Source: Acidobacteriota bacterium
GTDB lineage: Bacteria; Acidobacteriota; Holophagae; Acanthopleuribacterales; Acanthopleuribacteraceae
Length of the DNA: 64,000 nt
Direction of reading: 5' to 3'
NCBI GenBank assembly: GCA_020637335.1
Contig: JACJWC010000005.1
Location: 109,513-173,512, forward strand
A program made the position numbers and the translations under genes. Below, piece after piece: positions 48,585 to 59,034 of the stretch; positions within the stretch are counted from its first letter, which is position 1, and every line of letters starts with the position of its first letter. Below the pieces are notes generated by a model, which saw only the letters and a list, made by a program, of their open reading frames with translations, was not told the origin of the DNA and searched no databases.

Positions 48585-51500
48585 TTAAAACAACCAACAC
48601 TCCGCGGCGAATTGAGGTTCGGATGTTGGTCCGGACACGTGGTGCAGAATCCAGACACGCAAGTCAGCGCGCTGGTCTTTTTTGGCTAAACGCAAGGCTT
48701 GGCTAGCCCAGCTCCGGCGCTGTGATTTTGGGATTTGAGAGGCCTTGGCTTTGCCAATCAGGTTGAGCAAGGGATAGAGCTGTTCGCGCGACCCCAATTG
48801 ATTGAGCATTTCCAACGCTTTTTCCCAGCGCGAAAAGGCCAATTCACGTCGATTATGGGCAAAATCCAGGCAGGCTAACCCGTTCATACTGCGCGCCACT
48901 CCATAACGATTACCCAACTCTTCAAACAATTGCATCGCCTGCTGATAGCCAAGCTCAGCCGCCTGATTTTCACCCTGACACAGGCAAAGATCTGCTTTAC
49001 CGATCCAGTAGTCGGCAATACCGTGTGCATCGGCGATGCGTTCATAAGCTGCGCGGGCGCATTCCAGGCTTTGGGTGACCTCATTTAATAAGCCGCAGCG
49101 GCGCTGACAATCAGCTAAACCCCAAGCCGAGGCGGCAAGAGCATGGTCCTGGCCAATATTTTCGCTGCGTTTGATACAGGCCCGATAGGTGTCAAGTGCT
49201 TCGTTGAGTTGGTTCATTTTGCGCTGAACATCGCCCACCAAGCGCATTGCTTCGCAGATCAGGTCCTCAGCCACCGGTGGGTCAAAGGGGATCAATGCGC
49301 TTTGGGCTAAGGTCATGGTTCGGTTCAGTCGGCCTTGGTGCAAATGCACCCGGGCCATGAGGATGCGTCCTTCAACCCAGGCATTGCGCATTGGGTCGCG
49401 CCCCAGAGTGTCAATCAGAGATTCGCGCCTTTCCAAAAGGTACAGTGCGGAAGCATAGCCACTGGTTTCGCGCTGTTCTCGAGCTGCGACCAAAAAAAAT
49501 TCGATCGCCTGATGGGGTTGATCCGCGCCTTGAAAATGATAGGCCAGCTTTTCGGCTATGCCGCGTTTATCGCGCTGCTTGAGCAGGACCTGAGCACAGA
49601 AACCATGCCATCGTTGATGGCGGCCAGCGGCAATGGCTTGGCGTTCAACGCTTTCGCGCAACATATCATGGGCAAATCGAAATCCGCTCGGTTCCGATAT
49701 CCATAAATCGCATTCTTGAAGGCGTTCCACTAATGAAGGTGGATTTGGAATATTGGCCACCTGACATACTTCATCCCATGTACCCACATTGAATTGGCTG
49801 CCTAAAAATGCTGCCAACTCCACGGCAAACCAGGACGACTCTGGCTGGCCTTTCAAAGCGCGGGCCAGATAATCGCGCCAAATTTGGTGCAAGTTATCGG
49901 GTAATTCGGGCATTTGCAAACCGCTCAAAGCGAAGCCGGTCTCCGATGGCACCAATAGACCGCGTTGAATCCAATCGCCGATTAGGCGCAAGGTGAACAG
50001 CGGGTTTCCCGAGGTTCGGGCCAAGAGTCGACTATGCAATTCCGGATTTAGCGGGATTAATTGGTGGAGCAGATTTTGATGTTCTTTTTCGGTCAGTGGT
50101 CCGAGGTGTAATACGGTAGGCGCTATTTCGGCCTGCACTTGTTCTAAAAGAAAACGTTCCTGCGGACGGTTGATTAAGCCTTCACTGCGAACCGTACCCA
50201 CAAAAAGGACGGGTAATTGCCGAAATTCAGAAAAGAACTCGCGCAAAAACAATAAGCCATCGGCGCCCCAATGCAAATTGTCGAGCAACACGACGACCGG
50301 TTTGGATTGGCAGAAGTGAGCGATACATTGAATCATAAAGGCATATCGTTCATGCGGTTGAAGCGGTCGCCATAACGGGTTGGCGCCGGCCATACTGCCA
50401 GGCGCCAGCCACTCCACCCAAGACAACCAGGCATTCTCGTTTTCAAGCAAACCTGCCAAGCGGAACTTCCCGTGGTTGAGCAGGGCAAGCCCCTCAAGCC
50501 CTGAGCTGTTGATTTTTTTGTGGATGGCCTGAGCCAGCCCTTCCATTGGCGCAGGGTTCTCATTGAACTGAACGCGCAATGCTTGGCCATGGCCCAGCTC
50601 TTCCAGATCCTCACCCAACCATTCCGCCAATTTAGTTTTACCCACGCCGGCCGGGCCATCCAACAATACTAAATGCGGTTTTTGGTTTTGGGCGACCGTG
50701 GCAAATAGATCTCGCAGTACTTCGCGCTCCTGAGCCCGTCCGACAAGCGGGATATGGCGCAGACCGACCAGGTTCAGACCCGATTCAGACAGTGGCGCTT
50801 TCGGCAAAGAGCGGGACCGCCCGCGCCTATCCGTGCCAAACAAATGCAATAAGTCATTTAAGGCATCCGAAGCGGCAGGGAATCGGGTGCGAAAGTCCTT
50901 AGCCAAATTTTTACGCAACCAGGCTTCAAAGTCTTTTGGGACGGGAAATTGAGGGTTTAAGGGCGGTGGGGGTTCATGCAGGTGCGCGTGAATCAGTTGG
51001 AACAGGGAGCGGTTGCTAAATACAGGTTGGCCTGACACCCATTCCCAAACAAAACACGCCAGACTGTAAAGATCCGTCCACGGCCCGCAATCGCGGTTAC
51101 GCGACTCAAATTGTTCTGGCGCCATGTATCGGGGGGTGCCGCCAGAACTGCTGTGCTGATCAAGTCCCTCAGGTGCAGAAAAGATCTGAGCCAACCCAAA
51201 ATCAACTAATTTTAAGGTTTTTTCACGACCAAATTGTAGGATGTTGGAGGGTTTCAGGTCGCGATGGGTAATGCCGCGCGCATGGGCATGGCTCAACCCT
51301 TCCAAAATCGGCACCAAATAGTTCAGCAATGTTTCGGCGTTTTGAGGGGGATGGGTTAATAATGGTGAATCGGGATTGGCCAGTTCCATGACCATATACG
51401 GGGTATCTGCGACCAGATGACCGCCACTCGCCAATTCATGCGATTTGTTTAAATGGCCATAATCGTATACATGCACCACGTGGCGGTGGTTCAGTGCCGA

Positions 51501-51686
51501 AACAGCCTGAATTTCGCGAAAAAACGCCGCCCGTTTCTCCGGATCAATCGAGCCATGAAATGGCAACAGTTTAATCGCAACCGCTTCCCTTTGTTTGATG
51601 TGTTCGCCCAGCCAAACCACGCCCATCCCGCCGCTGGCCAAAGGTTTTTTTAATGTATAGGCACCGACGATGGGATAGCTGGACAT
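48585..51686 (-). CDS. Serine/threonine protein kinase fused to AAA/STAND-type NTPase and TPR repeats
   Basis: The Hanks kinase has a Gly-rich loop (GGMGVVW), VAIK, HRDLKPSNIL, DFGLA and APE. A Walker A (GPAGVGKTKLAEW) and C-terminal TPR-like repeats follow. Start is taken at ATG 51686 (MSSYPIV), 5 nt after the upstream stop. Confidence 0.8.
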   Translation of the reverse strand: MSSYPIVGAYTLKKPLASGGMGVVWLGEHIKQREAVAIKLLPFHGSIDPEKRAAFFREIQAVSALNHRHVVHVYDYGHLNKSHELASGGHLVADTPYMVMELANPDSPLLTHPPQNAETLLNYLVPILEGLSHAHARGITHRDLKPSNILQFGREKTLKLVDFGLAQIFSAPEGLDQHSSSGGTPRYMAPEQFESRNRDCGPWTDLYSLACFVWEWVSGQPVFSNRSLFQLIHAHLHEPPPPLNPQFPVPKDFEAWLRKNLAKDFRTRFPAASDALNDLLHLFGTDRRGRSRSLPKAPLSESGLNLVGLRHIPLVGRAQEREVLRDLFATVAQNQKPHLVLLDGPAGVGKTKLAEWLGEDLEELGHGQALRVQFNENPAPMEGLAQAIHKKINSSGLEGLALLNHGKFRLAGLLENENAWLSWVEWLAPGSMAGANPLWRPLQPHERYAFMIQCIAHFCQSKPVVVLLDNLHWGADGLLFLREFFSEFRQLPVLFVGTVRSEGLINRPQERFLLEQVQAEIAPTVLHLGPLTEKEHQNLLHQLIPLNPELHSRLLARTSGNPLFTLRLIGDWIQRGLLVPSETGFALSGLQMPELPDNLHQIWRDYLARALKGQPESSWFAVELAAFLGSQFNVGTWDEVCQVANIPNPPSLVERLQECDLWISEPSGFRFAHDMLRESVERQAIAAGRHQRWHGFCAQVLLKQRDKRGIAEKLAYHFQGADQPHQAIEFFLVAAREQRETSGYASALYLLERRESLIDTLGRDPMRNAWVEGRILMARVHLHQGRLNRTMTLAQSALIPFDPPVAEDLICEAMRLVGDVQRKMNQLNEALDTYRACIKRSENIGQDHALAASAWGLADCQRRCGLLNEVTQSLECARAAYERIADAHGIADYWIGKADLCLCQGENQAAELGYQQAMQLFEELGNRYGVARSMNGLACLDFAHNRRELAFSRWEKALEMLNQLGSREQLYPLLNLIGKAKASQIPKSQRRSWASQALRLAKKDQRADLRVWILHHVSGPTSEPQFAAECWLF

Positions 51687-51691
51687 GCTGG

Positions 51692-53287
51692 TTAATCCGA
51701 ATAACGCCAGGGCCAACGGCTGAGTTGGTCGCGGATCAGGTCCAGGTTTGGAACCACACCGCCTTCAGCAACAAATTGTTCCATAAGCATGGTTCCCGCC
51801 CACTGGCCCAATAAAAGGGCGAAATGACGGGCCTCCGCTTCCAGTTCGGGCTGCTGTCCAACCTGGTTCACCCACGATTCCATTTGGTCAAGCAAGCGCT
51901 CGCCATAAGGATAGCGGGTCTTCAGGGCCGGGTCGCTCAGAAATTCGCGAAGATCCGGCCATGCTTGGTCCTTGATTAGCGCCCGCACCATATCCAAACT
52001 CAAGATGTTGGTGGTCCCTTCCCAAATGGGCAGCACTTGAGCATTTCGCAACAACCGCGGCAACCCCGAATCCTCAATGTAGCCCGTTCCTCCGAGGCAT
52101 TCCAATCCTTCTGAAACGACCTGCACACATTGTTTGGCCGTAAATAGTTTGGCTACCGGGGTCAAAACACGTAGAAGTTTTTGTTGAGATTCTGATGCCA
52201 AACCACACGCCTCCCGGCCCTGCCAAATGGCCAATTCCATGCTGAGAAAAAAGCAAAGCGTGGTCGCCGCTTCCATATTCACCAAGGTACGTTGATGCAA
52301 GGGATGCTCTGAAATAGGTTTCCCAAACGCAAATCGCACCCGTGAATAGGCCTGCGAAACAGCCAATGCCTCTCTCATATAACCTACGGCACAAATCGCG
52401 TTATAGATCCGCGTAATGTTAAATAGGGTGGCAATTCGGGCGACGCCCTTGCCTTCCCCACCCACCAACTTAGCCGGGACTCCGTTTAACTTCAATTCCG
52501 CCGTAGGCAACGCTCGGGTGCCCAGTTTATCCTTGAGCCGCAGGACTTCGATTCCGTCTAATTGGCCCTCGCCATTGCGCAATTGGACAAAAAACAAACT
52601 TAATCCTTTGCTCCCTTCAGCCGCCCCTTCTGGACGGGCCAAGGTAAAGGCAATTTCGCTGGTAGTCGCCGAAGAAAACCATTTTGTGCCATACAGGCGC
52701 CAGGTGGAACCATCCCATACAGCTCGCGTTTCAGATTGTCCTACATCTGACCCGCCAATGCGTTCAGTCATCCATTGGCCCGAAGTCCAAAATTGATCGG
52801 CATGACGGGTAACCAGGTGGGGAAAAACGCGTTCGCGCAACGTGTCGTCACCGTGAACTTCAATCAAGCGGGCAGCGCCATCGGTCATGGCCAATGGGCA
52901 CGAAAAAATGGCCGAATAGGGGTGGTAAATCAAAAGTTTGGCCATTTGCACAAGCCGGCTCCACTCGCCAAAACGCCGTTCGTAGGCTTCCGCAACAACG
53001 CCCTCTTCAGCCGCGATTGCGCCCAACCGGTTCCAGGCGGGAGAAACACGAATTTCATCCACACGGCGACCCCAAGGATCAAAGGGGATGTGGCGCGGCA
53101 CGTCCCGCTCGGCTTCCAATGCCAATGCGGCCATCTCTCCAACCGCGCGATCGCTGAGATGGACCAGTTCGCGATGAACCCAGTCAAAATAGGCCTGTGG
53201 TAACCGTTGTTTTAAATAAAAAAACAGCAGATCGGTATCTTGATAAGGGGAATGTTGCAGCGGTTCGGTTTGAAAAAATTCGGCCAT
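51692..53287 (-). CDS. AidB-like acyl-CoA dehydrogenase family protein
   Basis: A ~530-aa acyl-CoA dehydrogenase fold with the AidB-type N-terminal extension. Start is at the internal Met (MAEFFQTEP), preceded by RBS GGAGGTGG. Confidence 0.75.
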   Translation of the reverse strand: MAEFFQTEPLQHSPYQDTDLLFFYLKQRLPQAYFDWVHRELVHLSDRAVGEMAALALEAERDVPRHIPFDPWGRRVDEIRVSPAWNRLGAIAAEEGVVAEAYERRFGEWSRLVQMAKLLIYHPYSAIFSCPLAMTDGAARLIEVHGDDTLRERVFPHLVTRHADQFWTSGQWMTERIGGSDVGQSETRAVWDGSTWRLYGTKWFSSATTSEIAFTLARPEGAAEGSKGLSLFFVQLRNGEGQLDGIEVLRLKDKLGTRALPTAELKLNGVPAKLVGGEGKGVARIATLFNITRIYNAICAVGYMREALAVSQAYSRVRFAFGKPISEHPLHQRTLVNMEAATTLCFFLSMELAIWQGREACGLASESQQKLLRVLTPVAKLFTAKQCVQVVSEGLECLGGTGYIEDSGLPRLLRNAQVLPIWEGTTNILSLDMVRALIKDQAWPDLREFLSDPALKTRYPYGERLLDQMESWVNQVGQQPELEAEARHFALLLGQWAGTMLMEQFVAEGGVVPNLDLIRDQLSRWPWRYSD

Positions 53288-53363
53288 AATCCACCTCCAG
53301 CCCCATTGTATGATGCATAAGTTGTTCATTCCAGGACAGAACCGCCGGGAGGCTTGGCTTCAA

Positions 53364-54677
53364 ATGAATTCCCCTTCATTTTCTCAAAAACGGTTTTGGG
53401 CGCTCGCTGTTCCCAATATCCTGGCCAACCTGTCCGTTCCGTTTGCCGGACTCATCGATATCGGGTTTCTGGGCCATTTACCTGAGGTGACTGCGCTCTC
53501 AGGTATCGCATTGGGAACCGTTTTTTTTGACTATTGTTACTGGACATTCGGTTTTTTGCGAATGGGTACAACCGGATTGGCGGCCCAAGCCTTTGGCCGT
53601 GATCAGTCTGATGAATTGCGCTGGATCTGGCAAAGAGGCTTACTCCTGGCTTTTGCCATTGGAGGATTACTCCTCCTTTTCAGACAACCCATTATTCAGG
53701 CAGCCCTCTTCTTATTGCAGGGCGATCCAGAGACAGAATCGCAGGCCTTTGCCTATATTTCAGCTCGAATTTGGGGTGCTCCGTGCGCCCTGACCGGCTA
53801 TGTCTGCATGGGCTGGTTAATGGCCACCCAAAGGGCGCGGTCCACCTTGGTTCTTGCCTTGGTGTTAAACGGAGGCAATGCGGTATTAGATTATTGGTTT
53901 ATCGTCCATTTGGGCTGGGGCATTCGGGGCGCGGGTTGGGCCACGGCTCTTTCTGAAGCGGCTGCCAGCATTATGGGATTGGTTTGGGTAGGGCGCGCTG
54001 TGGCCCAACTGGATCGCACTCAGCATGCCGGCTTTTGGAATCCGCACAAGTGGTGGGAAACGTTGAGTTTGAATCGCGACATTACCATCCGAACCTTTTG
54101 CCTGATCAGTGCCTTTGCGGTCTTCAATAACCTATCTGCGCTGCTGGGCCATCTGATATTGGCCGCCAATGCACTAATCCTGAAGCTGCTTTCCACTGTG
54201 GCCTTTTTTATTGATGGTTTGGCCTTTGCGGTTGAAGCTCTGGCAGGTTCAGCATTTGGGAAAAAGGACACCAAACAGGTCAAAACAATCCTCATGTATG
54301 CCTTTCGCAGCAATGCCATTCTGGTGTTGGTTTCCATCATCGGACTGGCCCTATTTGCCAATTCCGTCCTTTGGATCCTGACAGACCATCAGGCCGTTGT
54401 AGAACAGGCCATGCGCTTCATTCCTTGGCTGTTGGCTTTGATCGTTTTTTCGAGCTTTGCTTACATTTTAGATGGTTACTTTATCGGCATATCAGCCGGA
54501 AAGGTCTTGCGGACCAGCATGCTTTGGTCATTAATCGCAGGCTTTTTGCCCCTAGCTGGATTGGGCATTTTCCTGGAGTCCAACCACCTTTTATGGGCGG
54601 CTTTTTTCAGTTTTATGGTCTGGCGCGCCTTATCCTTGTGGCGCAAGGTGAGCCCGTCCCTGATGCCACCCGAATAA
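53364..54677 (+). CDS. MATE family efflux transporter (NorM/DinF-like)
   Basis: A 12-TM protein with MATE signatures (ALAVPNILANLSVPFAGLIDIGFLG; LRTSM...). Start is set at the internal Met. Confidence 0.8.
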   Translation: MNSPSFSQKRFWALAVPNILANLSVPFAGLIDIGFLGHLPEVTALSGIALGTVFFDYCYWTFGFLRMGTTGLAAQAFGRDQSDELRWIWQRGLLLAFAIGGLLLLFRQPIIQAALFLLQGDPETESQAFAYISARIWGAPCALTGYVCMGWLMATQRARSTLVLALVLNGGNAVLDYWFIVHLGWGIRGAGWATALSEAAASIMGLVWVGRAVAQLDRTQHAGFWNPHKWWETLSLNRDITIRTFCLISAFAVFNNLSALLGHLILAANALILKLLSTVAFFIDGLAFAVEALAGSAFGKKDTKQVKTILMYAFRSNAILVLVSIIGLALFANSVLWILTDHQAVVEQAMRFIPWLLALIVFSSFAYILDGYFIGISAGKVLRTSMLWSLIAGFLPLAGLGIFLESNHLLWAAFFSFMVWRALSLWRKVSPSLMPPE

Positions 54678-54708
54678 CACCATTTAATTTATTGGGTTCC
54701 ATTCTTGG

Positions 54709-55167
54709 TCAACGCTTTTGCAAGTGCTCCAAAAAGGCATCAACGCCCTGCTCGACCAGTTGGAAAACATGGATAAAGGCATTCAAGTCATCATAGTAGG
54801 GATCTGGCACATCCTGGTCGGGATGGTCTGGGTGCCATTTGAGGAAAAGTGCGGTTTGCGCGCGAGCGTCGCGAGGTTTCATCCGCTCAATGCGCTGTAA
54901 ATGACCGCGATCCATGGCCAGAATCCAATCAAAGGTTTGAAAATCCTCGTGCTGAATCTGACGCGCACGCAGGTTTCTTAAATCAATCCCGAATCGGTTC
55001 GCCACGTGGATGGTACGCGAATCTGGCGGTTCACCAATATGGTAGGCGTGGGTGCCCGCCGAATCGATTTGCCAATCCAACTGCTGGGCTGCTACCCGAG
55101 CCCGCGCAATACCATCCGCCGTGGGTGAACGACAAATGTTTCCGGTACACACAAATAAAATTTTCAC
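54709..55167 (-). CDS. Low-molecular-weight protein-tyrosine phosphatase
   Basis: KILFVCTGNICRSP (CX5R P-loop) and a DP motif near the C-terminus; 152 aa. Confidence 0.8.
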   Translation of the reverse strand: MKILFVCTGNICRSPTADGIARARVAAQQLDWQIDSAGTHAYHIGEPPDSRTIHVANRFGIDLRNLRARQIQHEDFQTFDWILAMDRGHLQRIERMKPRDARAQTALFLKWHPDHPDQDVPDPYYDDLNAFIHVFQLVEQGVDAFLEHLQKR

Positions 55168-55853
55168 GGACCGGCCTCGCCGGCCTCGATCCTGCGCTCG
55201 GTTTCGGCCGAAATGTCTTTAAATAGGTGCGCACCCAGATAGAAAAACGGGGTGTCGACCAATGCGATGATCATCTTGAAGACGTAACTGCTGACCATCA
55301 ACTTGACCAAATTGTTAAAGGGCAAGGTTCCGCCAAAAAGAATAGCGACCACCAAAACTGTGTCCACTATTTGGCTCACCAAGGTGGAAGCGTTATTGCG
55401 CAACCATAAATGTTTGCCTTTGGTCAGATCTTTCCAGAAATGAAAGAGCCGAACATCGCAGAGTTGGGCAACCAGATAAGCCACCATGCTGGCCAGGATT
55501 GCTCGGGCACTTTGGCCAAAAACGGCCAGAAGGTGGGCCTGTACAAGCTCGGGATCCGCCTGAACGTGGGAAACCGGCAGAGCTTTGGCCACCTGAATCA
55601 TGATCAGCATAAATACACTCACCATGAACCCGGCATAAACAACATGATCCGCCCGTTTCTTACCGTAGAGCTCGCTGATCAGATCAGTGCACAAAAAGGT
55701 GATGGGATAGGGAATGATCCCGGCAATCAGCGGGGTGAGCCCCACAAAAGGCAGGGGGATATCAAACAGTTTAAAGACAAACATGTTGCAAACCAACAGG
55801 CTGGCTAAAAACAGGGCACACAGGTAGAGATAGACACGTTCGTAGCGACTCAT
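55164..55853 (-). CDS. Queuosine-precursor transporter YhhQ/VUT family (DUF165)
   Basis: A 229-aa polytopic membrane protein with a YhhQ-type sequence (IPYPITFLCTDLISELYG). It overlaps the downstream LMW-PTP gene by 4 nt. Confidence 0.7.
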   Translation of the reverse strand: MSRYERVYLYLCALFLASLLVCNMFVFKLFDIPLPFVGLTPLIAGIIPYPITFLCTDLISELYGKKRADHVVYAGFMVSVFMLIMIQVAKALPVSHVQADPELVQAHLLAVFGQSARAILASMVAYLVAQLCDVRLFHFWKDLTKGKHLWLRNNASTLVSQIVDTVLVVAILFGGTLPFNNLVKLMVSSYVFKMIIALVDTPFFYLGAHLFKDISAETERRIEAGEAGP

Positions 55854-55990
55854 AGGGCCCCATTCTCCGCACAGACAGCATTTACATCAAGAGAATTTTG
55901 ACAAAAAGTAAACATCGATCGAGTTGGTACGTATCGTGCTATCATCGTGCGTTTGACTGGAAAACACCCGAATTTCACCAGGGAGTGAAC

Positions 55991-57250
55991 ATGTTTCTTT
56001 TGCTTTTTATGCTTCTCAGTCCTCACCGGGACTCTGAAAATGTCAACTTGGCATCCTTTGAGCGCGTCTGGCAAATTATTCAGGAAAAACACTGGGATCT
56101 GGCCGCGACCGGCGTGGATTGGAATCAGATCCATACGGAGTATTTGCCCCGTGCGCAAAAAGCAAAATCTCACGGCGAAATGCGGGAGATAATTGAAGAA
56201 ATGATCGGTCGACTCGGTCAAACCCATTTTGGCCTGTTGGGCGGCCAATCCTTCTCCTCCATCGACAACCTCAAATATGAAGCCAAAGCTGGCGCTTCTG
56301 AGTTGGGTTGGGAAGTGCGCCGGGTTGGGGATGGCATCTTTGTGACCCGCATCGACCCTCAAGGTGAAGCCTATGAAAAAGGCGTGCGTTTGGGTAGCCA
56401 AATCCTGCAAATTGGTCCGGTCAAGGCCGAGCAGATCCTGACCGCAGTCGATGCCGCCTATGCCAATTCCCATCAACGCGGGCTTTACACCGTGCGAACC
56501 TTAAACGAATTTGTCCACCACAGCGTGGGAAGCTCAATTACTTACCAAATCCTGTTGCCTGGGCAAGATCAGCCTTCTTCCATTGCATTTGACAATGCAA
56601 AAAGCATCCAACTCACTTCATATTTCCCCAACATGCCGCCCATGCATTACCAATTTGAGAAAAAGCTGATTGAGGACAAGTGGGCCTACGTCACTTTTAA
56701 TTTGTTCCTTCAGCCGCTTATTCAGGATTTTCCCAATGCCTTGAGTAGCATGCCTGAAAATCAAGGGTTAATCATCGATTTGCGCGGCAATCCAGGTGGA
56801 TTGGGTTGGTTAGCCAATGGTATTGCCGGTTATTTGATCGCCGAGCGCGGTCAGAAATTAGGCACCATGCAAGCCAAAGAAGGCACTCTGAACTTCTTCA
56901 TCGCGCCGCGCCCCAATCGCTATGAAAAACCAGTAGCCATTCTGATTGATGAGGCTTCGGCTTCAACCTCGGAAATTTTGGCGCAAGGTCTAAAGGACTT
57001 AAAAAGAGCCAGGATTTTTGGCACCAACAGTGCCGGTGCGGCCCTGCCCAGCTTTATCGAAACGCTTCCCAACGGCGACCGTTTCCAGTACGCCTTTGGC
57101 AACTACACCAGCATTGGTGGCGTTGAAATTGAAGGCAAAGGCGTAGCCCCTGATGAAACAACACCGCATACCCTGACCAGTATGTCTCATAGCCATGACG
57201 CCACTTTGGACGCGGCAGTGACCTGGTTAAAAACCCAAACCATACGTTAA
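55991..57250 (+). CDS. S41-family peptidase (C-terminal processing peptidase-like), secreted
   Basis: A signal peptide is followed by a PDZ-like region. S41 catalytic motifs are present (IDLRGNPGG; ILIDEASASTSEILAQ with the Ser nucleophile; ...K downstream). Start is at ATG 55991, preceded by RBS GGGAG. Confidence 0.75.
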   Translation: MFLLLFMLLSPHRDSENVNLASFERVWQIIQEKHWDLAATGVDWNQIHTEYLPRAQKAKSHGEMREIIEEMIGRLGQTHFGLLGGQSFSSIDNLKYEAKAGASELGWEVRRVGDGIFVTRIDPQGEAYEKGVRLGSQILQIGPVKAEQILTAVDAAYANSHQRGLYTVRTLNEFVHHSVGSSITYQILLPGQDQPSSIAFDNAKSIQLTSYFPNMPPMHYQFEKKLIEDKWAYVTFNLFLQPLIQDFPNALSSMPENQGLIIDLRGNPGGLGWLANGIAGYLIAERGQKLGTMQAKEGTLNFFIAPRPNRYEKPVAILIDEASASTSEILAQGLKDLKRARIFGTNSAGAALPSFIETLPNGDRFQYAFGNYTSIGGVEIEGKGVAPDETTPHTLTSMSHSHDATLDAAVTWLKTQTIR

Positions 57251-57265
57251 ACGCGAGGAGAGAAA

Positions 57266-58018
57266 ATGCAGTATTTATTTCCCATTTTGGTGGGATTCCT
57301 TTTTAATTGTTCAGCCACCCAAACCCCCAAACCTGTTGCACCCAGCGCCCAAAAATCCGGTCCCAATGTCGAAGACATTCTCGATCGGGCCGCTGCTGCT
57401 CGCCTGGAAGGCATCAATCAGGAAGATTTAAAAACCGTTGCCATGAAAGGCGTGATTCAAATGCCCCAAGGCATGACGGCCCAATTCCAAGCCCTGGCCA
57501 AAGATGGCAGTAAATACAACCTCTCGACCGAAGTGGCTGGCATGAAAGTCGAATTGATTTCGGATGGCAAAGATGTCTATGAAAATAACCCCATGATCGG
57601 TCCGCGTTTATTGCAAGGCGAGGAATTGGCCTACAACCTGAACGAGGCCAACTTCAAACGCGATATTAACTGGCGCCAAAACTACACCAGCTATCAACTC
57701 CTCGGCGAAGAAAGCATTAATGGCCGGTCCGCCTACAAAATTCTGCTCACGACCAAAGAAGGTTTTGAAGTTACCAACTTTTACGATAAAGAGAATTATC
57801 AGGTCCTGCGTGCCGATATGGTCGTCAAGGGAGAAATGGGCACCATCCCGACCATTATGTACTTTTCCAATTACGAAAATGTGAATGGATTGGTCATGCC
57901 CAAAACCACAACGACGGAAGTCATGAGCCACAAAATGGTCATGCAAGTCCAAGAAGTAACTGTGAATGGCGAGATTCCCGATGAATCCTTTAGCATCCCT
58001 GCGGAGATGAAACAGTAA
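57266..58018 (+). CDS. Hypothetical secreted/lipoprotein (LolA-like fold possible)
   Basis: A signal peptide ends in the ...FLFNCS lipobox-like Cys. The gene lies 16 nt downstream of the S41 peptidase gene. No catalytic motifs were found. Confidence 0.45.
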   Translation: MQYLFPILVGFLFNCSATQTPKPVAPSAQKSGPNVEDILDRAAAARLEGINQEDLKTVAMKGVIQMPQGMTAQFQALAKDGSKYNLSTEVAGMKVELISDGKDVYENNPMIGPRLLQGEELAYNLNEANFKRDINWRQNYTSYQLLGEESINGRSAYKILLTTKEGFEVTNFYDKENYQVLRADMVVKGEMGTIPTIMYFSNYENVNGLVMPKTTTTEVMSHKMVMQVQEVTVNGEIPDESFSIPAEMKQ

Positions 58019-58020
58019 CC

Positions 58021-59034
58021 ATGCAACCCGTTCCCGCCCATCGGCTCAGTATTGCCCCCATGATGGCTTACACGGACCGGCACTTTCGCTGGTTAATGCG
58101 GCTGTTCACCCAAAAGTCGCTGTTGTACACCGAAATGGTTGTGGCCAATACCTTGCACTATCGTCCAGAGCCGGATCACCACGAACTGCTTTTGGGCTTT
58201 GATCCCATCGAACATCCCCTGGCAGTTCAATTGGGCGGGGACGCCCCCGAAAGCTTGGTTCCGGCAGCCATCCAATGCCAGCAACGCGGCTATGATGAGA
58301 TCAACCTGAATGTGGGCTGTCCTTCGGACCGGGTCCAAAAAGGCCGGTTTGGCGCCTGCCTCATGCTGGAACCCGAGCATGTTGGCGACCTTTTAGCCCA
58401 AATGCGCGGAGCAGTTGATATTCCAGTGACGGTCAAACACCGGCTGGGTGTTGATGAACAGGACGACCTGGATTTTTTGATGCGGTTCGTTGAAGTGGTC
58501 GCACGAAAAGGGACCCAGGTATTTATTGTTCATGCCCGAAAAGCCTGGCTTTCCGGGTTGAGTCCGGCGCAAAACCGCTCGATTCCACCACTACTCTATG
58601 AACGGGTTTATGAATTAAAACGTCATTTTCCAGAACTGACCATCGTTATCAACGGCGGTATTACGACGTTGCAGGAAGTAAAACAACACTTACAACATGT
58701 AGACGGTGTCATGATTGGCCGGGCTGCCTATCAGAATCCTGAACTGTTTTGGCAGGCCGACCATGTTGTTTATGGTGCTCCGCTCAAACCGCAGCTGGAT
58801 TGGCTGCCCATTTTGGCCTCCGCTCAAACCTATTTTCGCGAACAAGTCGCACAAGGCACCAAAGCCAGCCACTTCTTAAAACATCTGCTCGGATTCTTTA
58901 AAGGCCGACCGGGCAGTCGCCATTGGCGACACGCGCTGACGATCGCCATTCAACAGGGCCAGCAGGATGTCAACTTAGCCGAGTTGTTCGGGTCAACCAT
59001 TGGCCAGGCTGAAAACCTTGCCATTACCGGTTAG
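58021..59034 (+). CDS. dusA: tRNA-dihydrouridine(20/20a) synthase DusA
   Basis: RLSIAPMMAYTDRHFRWLMRL N-terminal DusA signature, a TIM-barrel FMN-binding motif and the catalytic Cys (LNVGCPS). Confidence 0.85.
   Translation: MQPVPAHRLSIAPMMAYTDRHFRWLMRLFTQKSLLYTEMVVANTLHYRPEPDHHELLLGFDPIEHPLAVQLGGDAPESLVPAAIQCQQRGYDEINLNVGCPSDRVQKGRFGACLMLEPEHVGDLLAQMRGAVDIPVTVKHRLGVDEQDDLDFLMRFVEVVARKGTQVFIVHARKAWLSGLSPAQNRSIPPLLYERVYELKRHFPELTIVINGGITTLQEVKQHLQHVDGVMIGRAAYQNPELFWQADHVVYGAPLKPQLDWLPILASAQTYFREQVAQGTKASHFLKHLLGFFKGRPGSRHWRHALTIAIQQGQQDVNLAELFGSTIGQAENLAITG

Noticed and set aside
55850-56476. 208-aa minus-strand ORF overlapping the start of the S41 peptidase gene
   Set aside because: It lies entirely antisense to the well-supported S41 peptidase CDS. 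It has no motifs and no RBS, so it is a shadow ORF.
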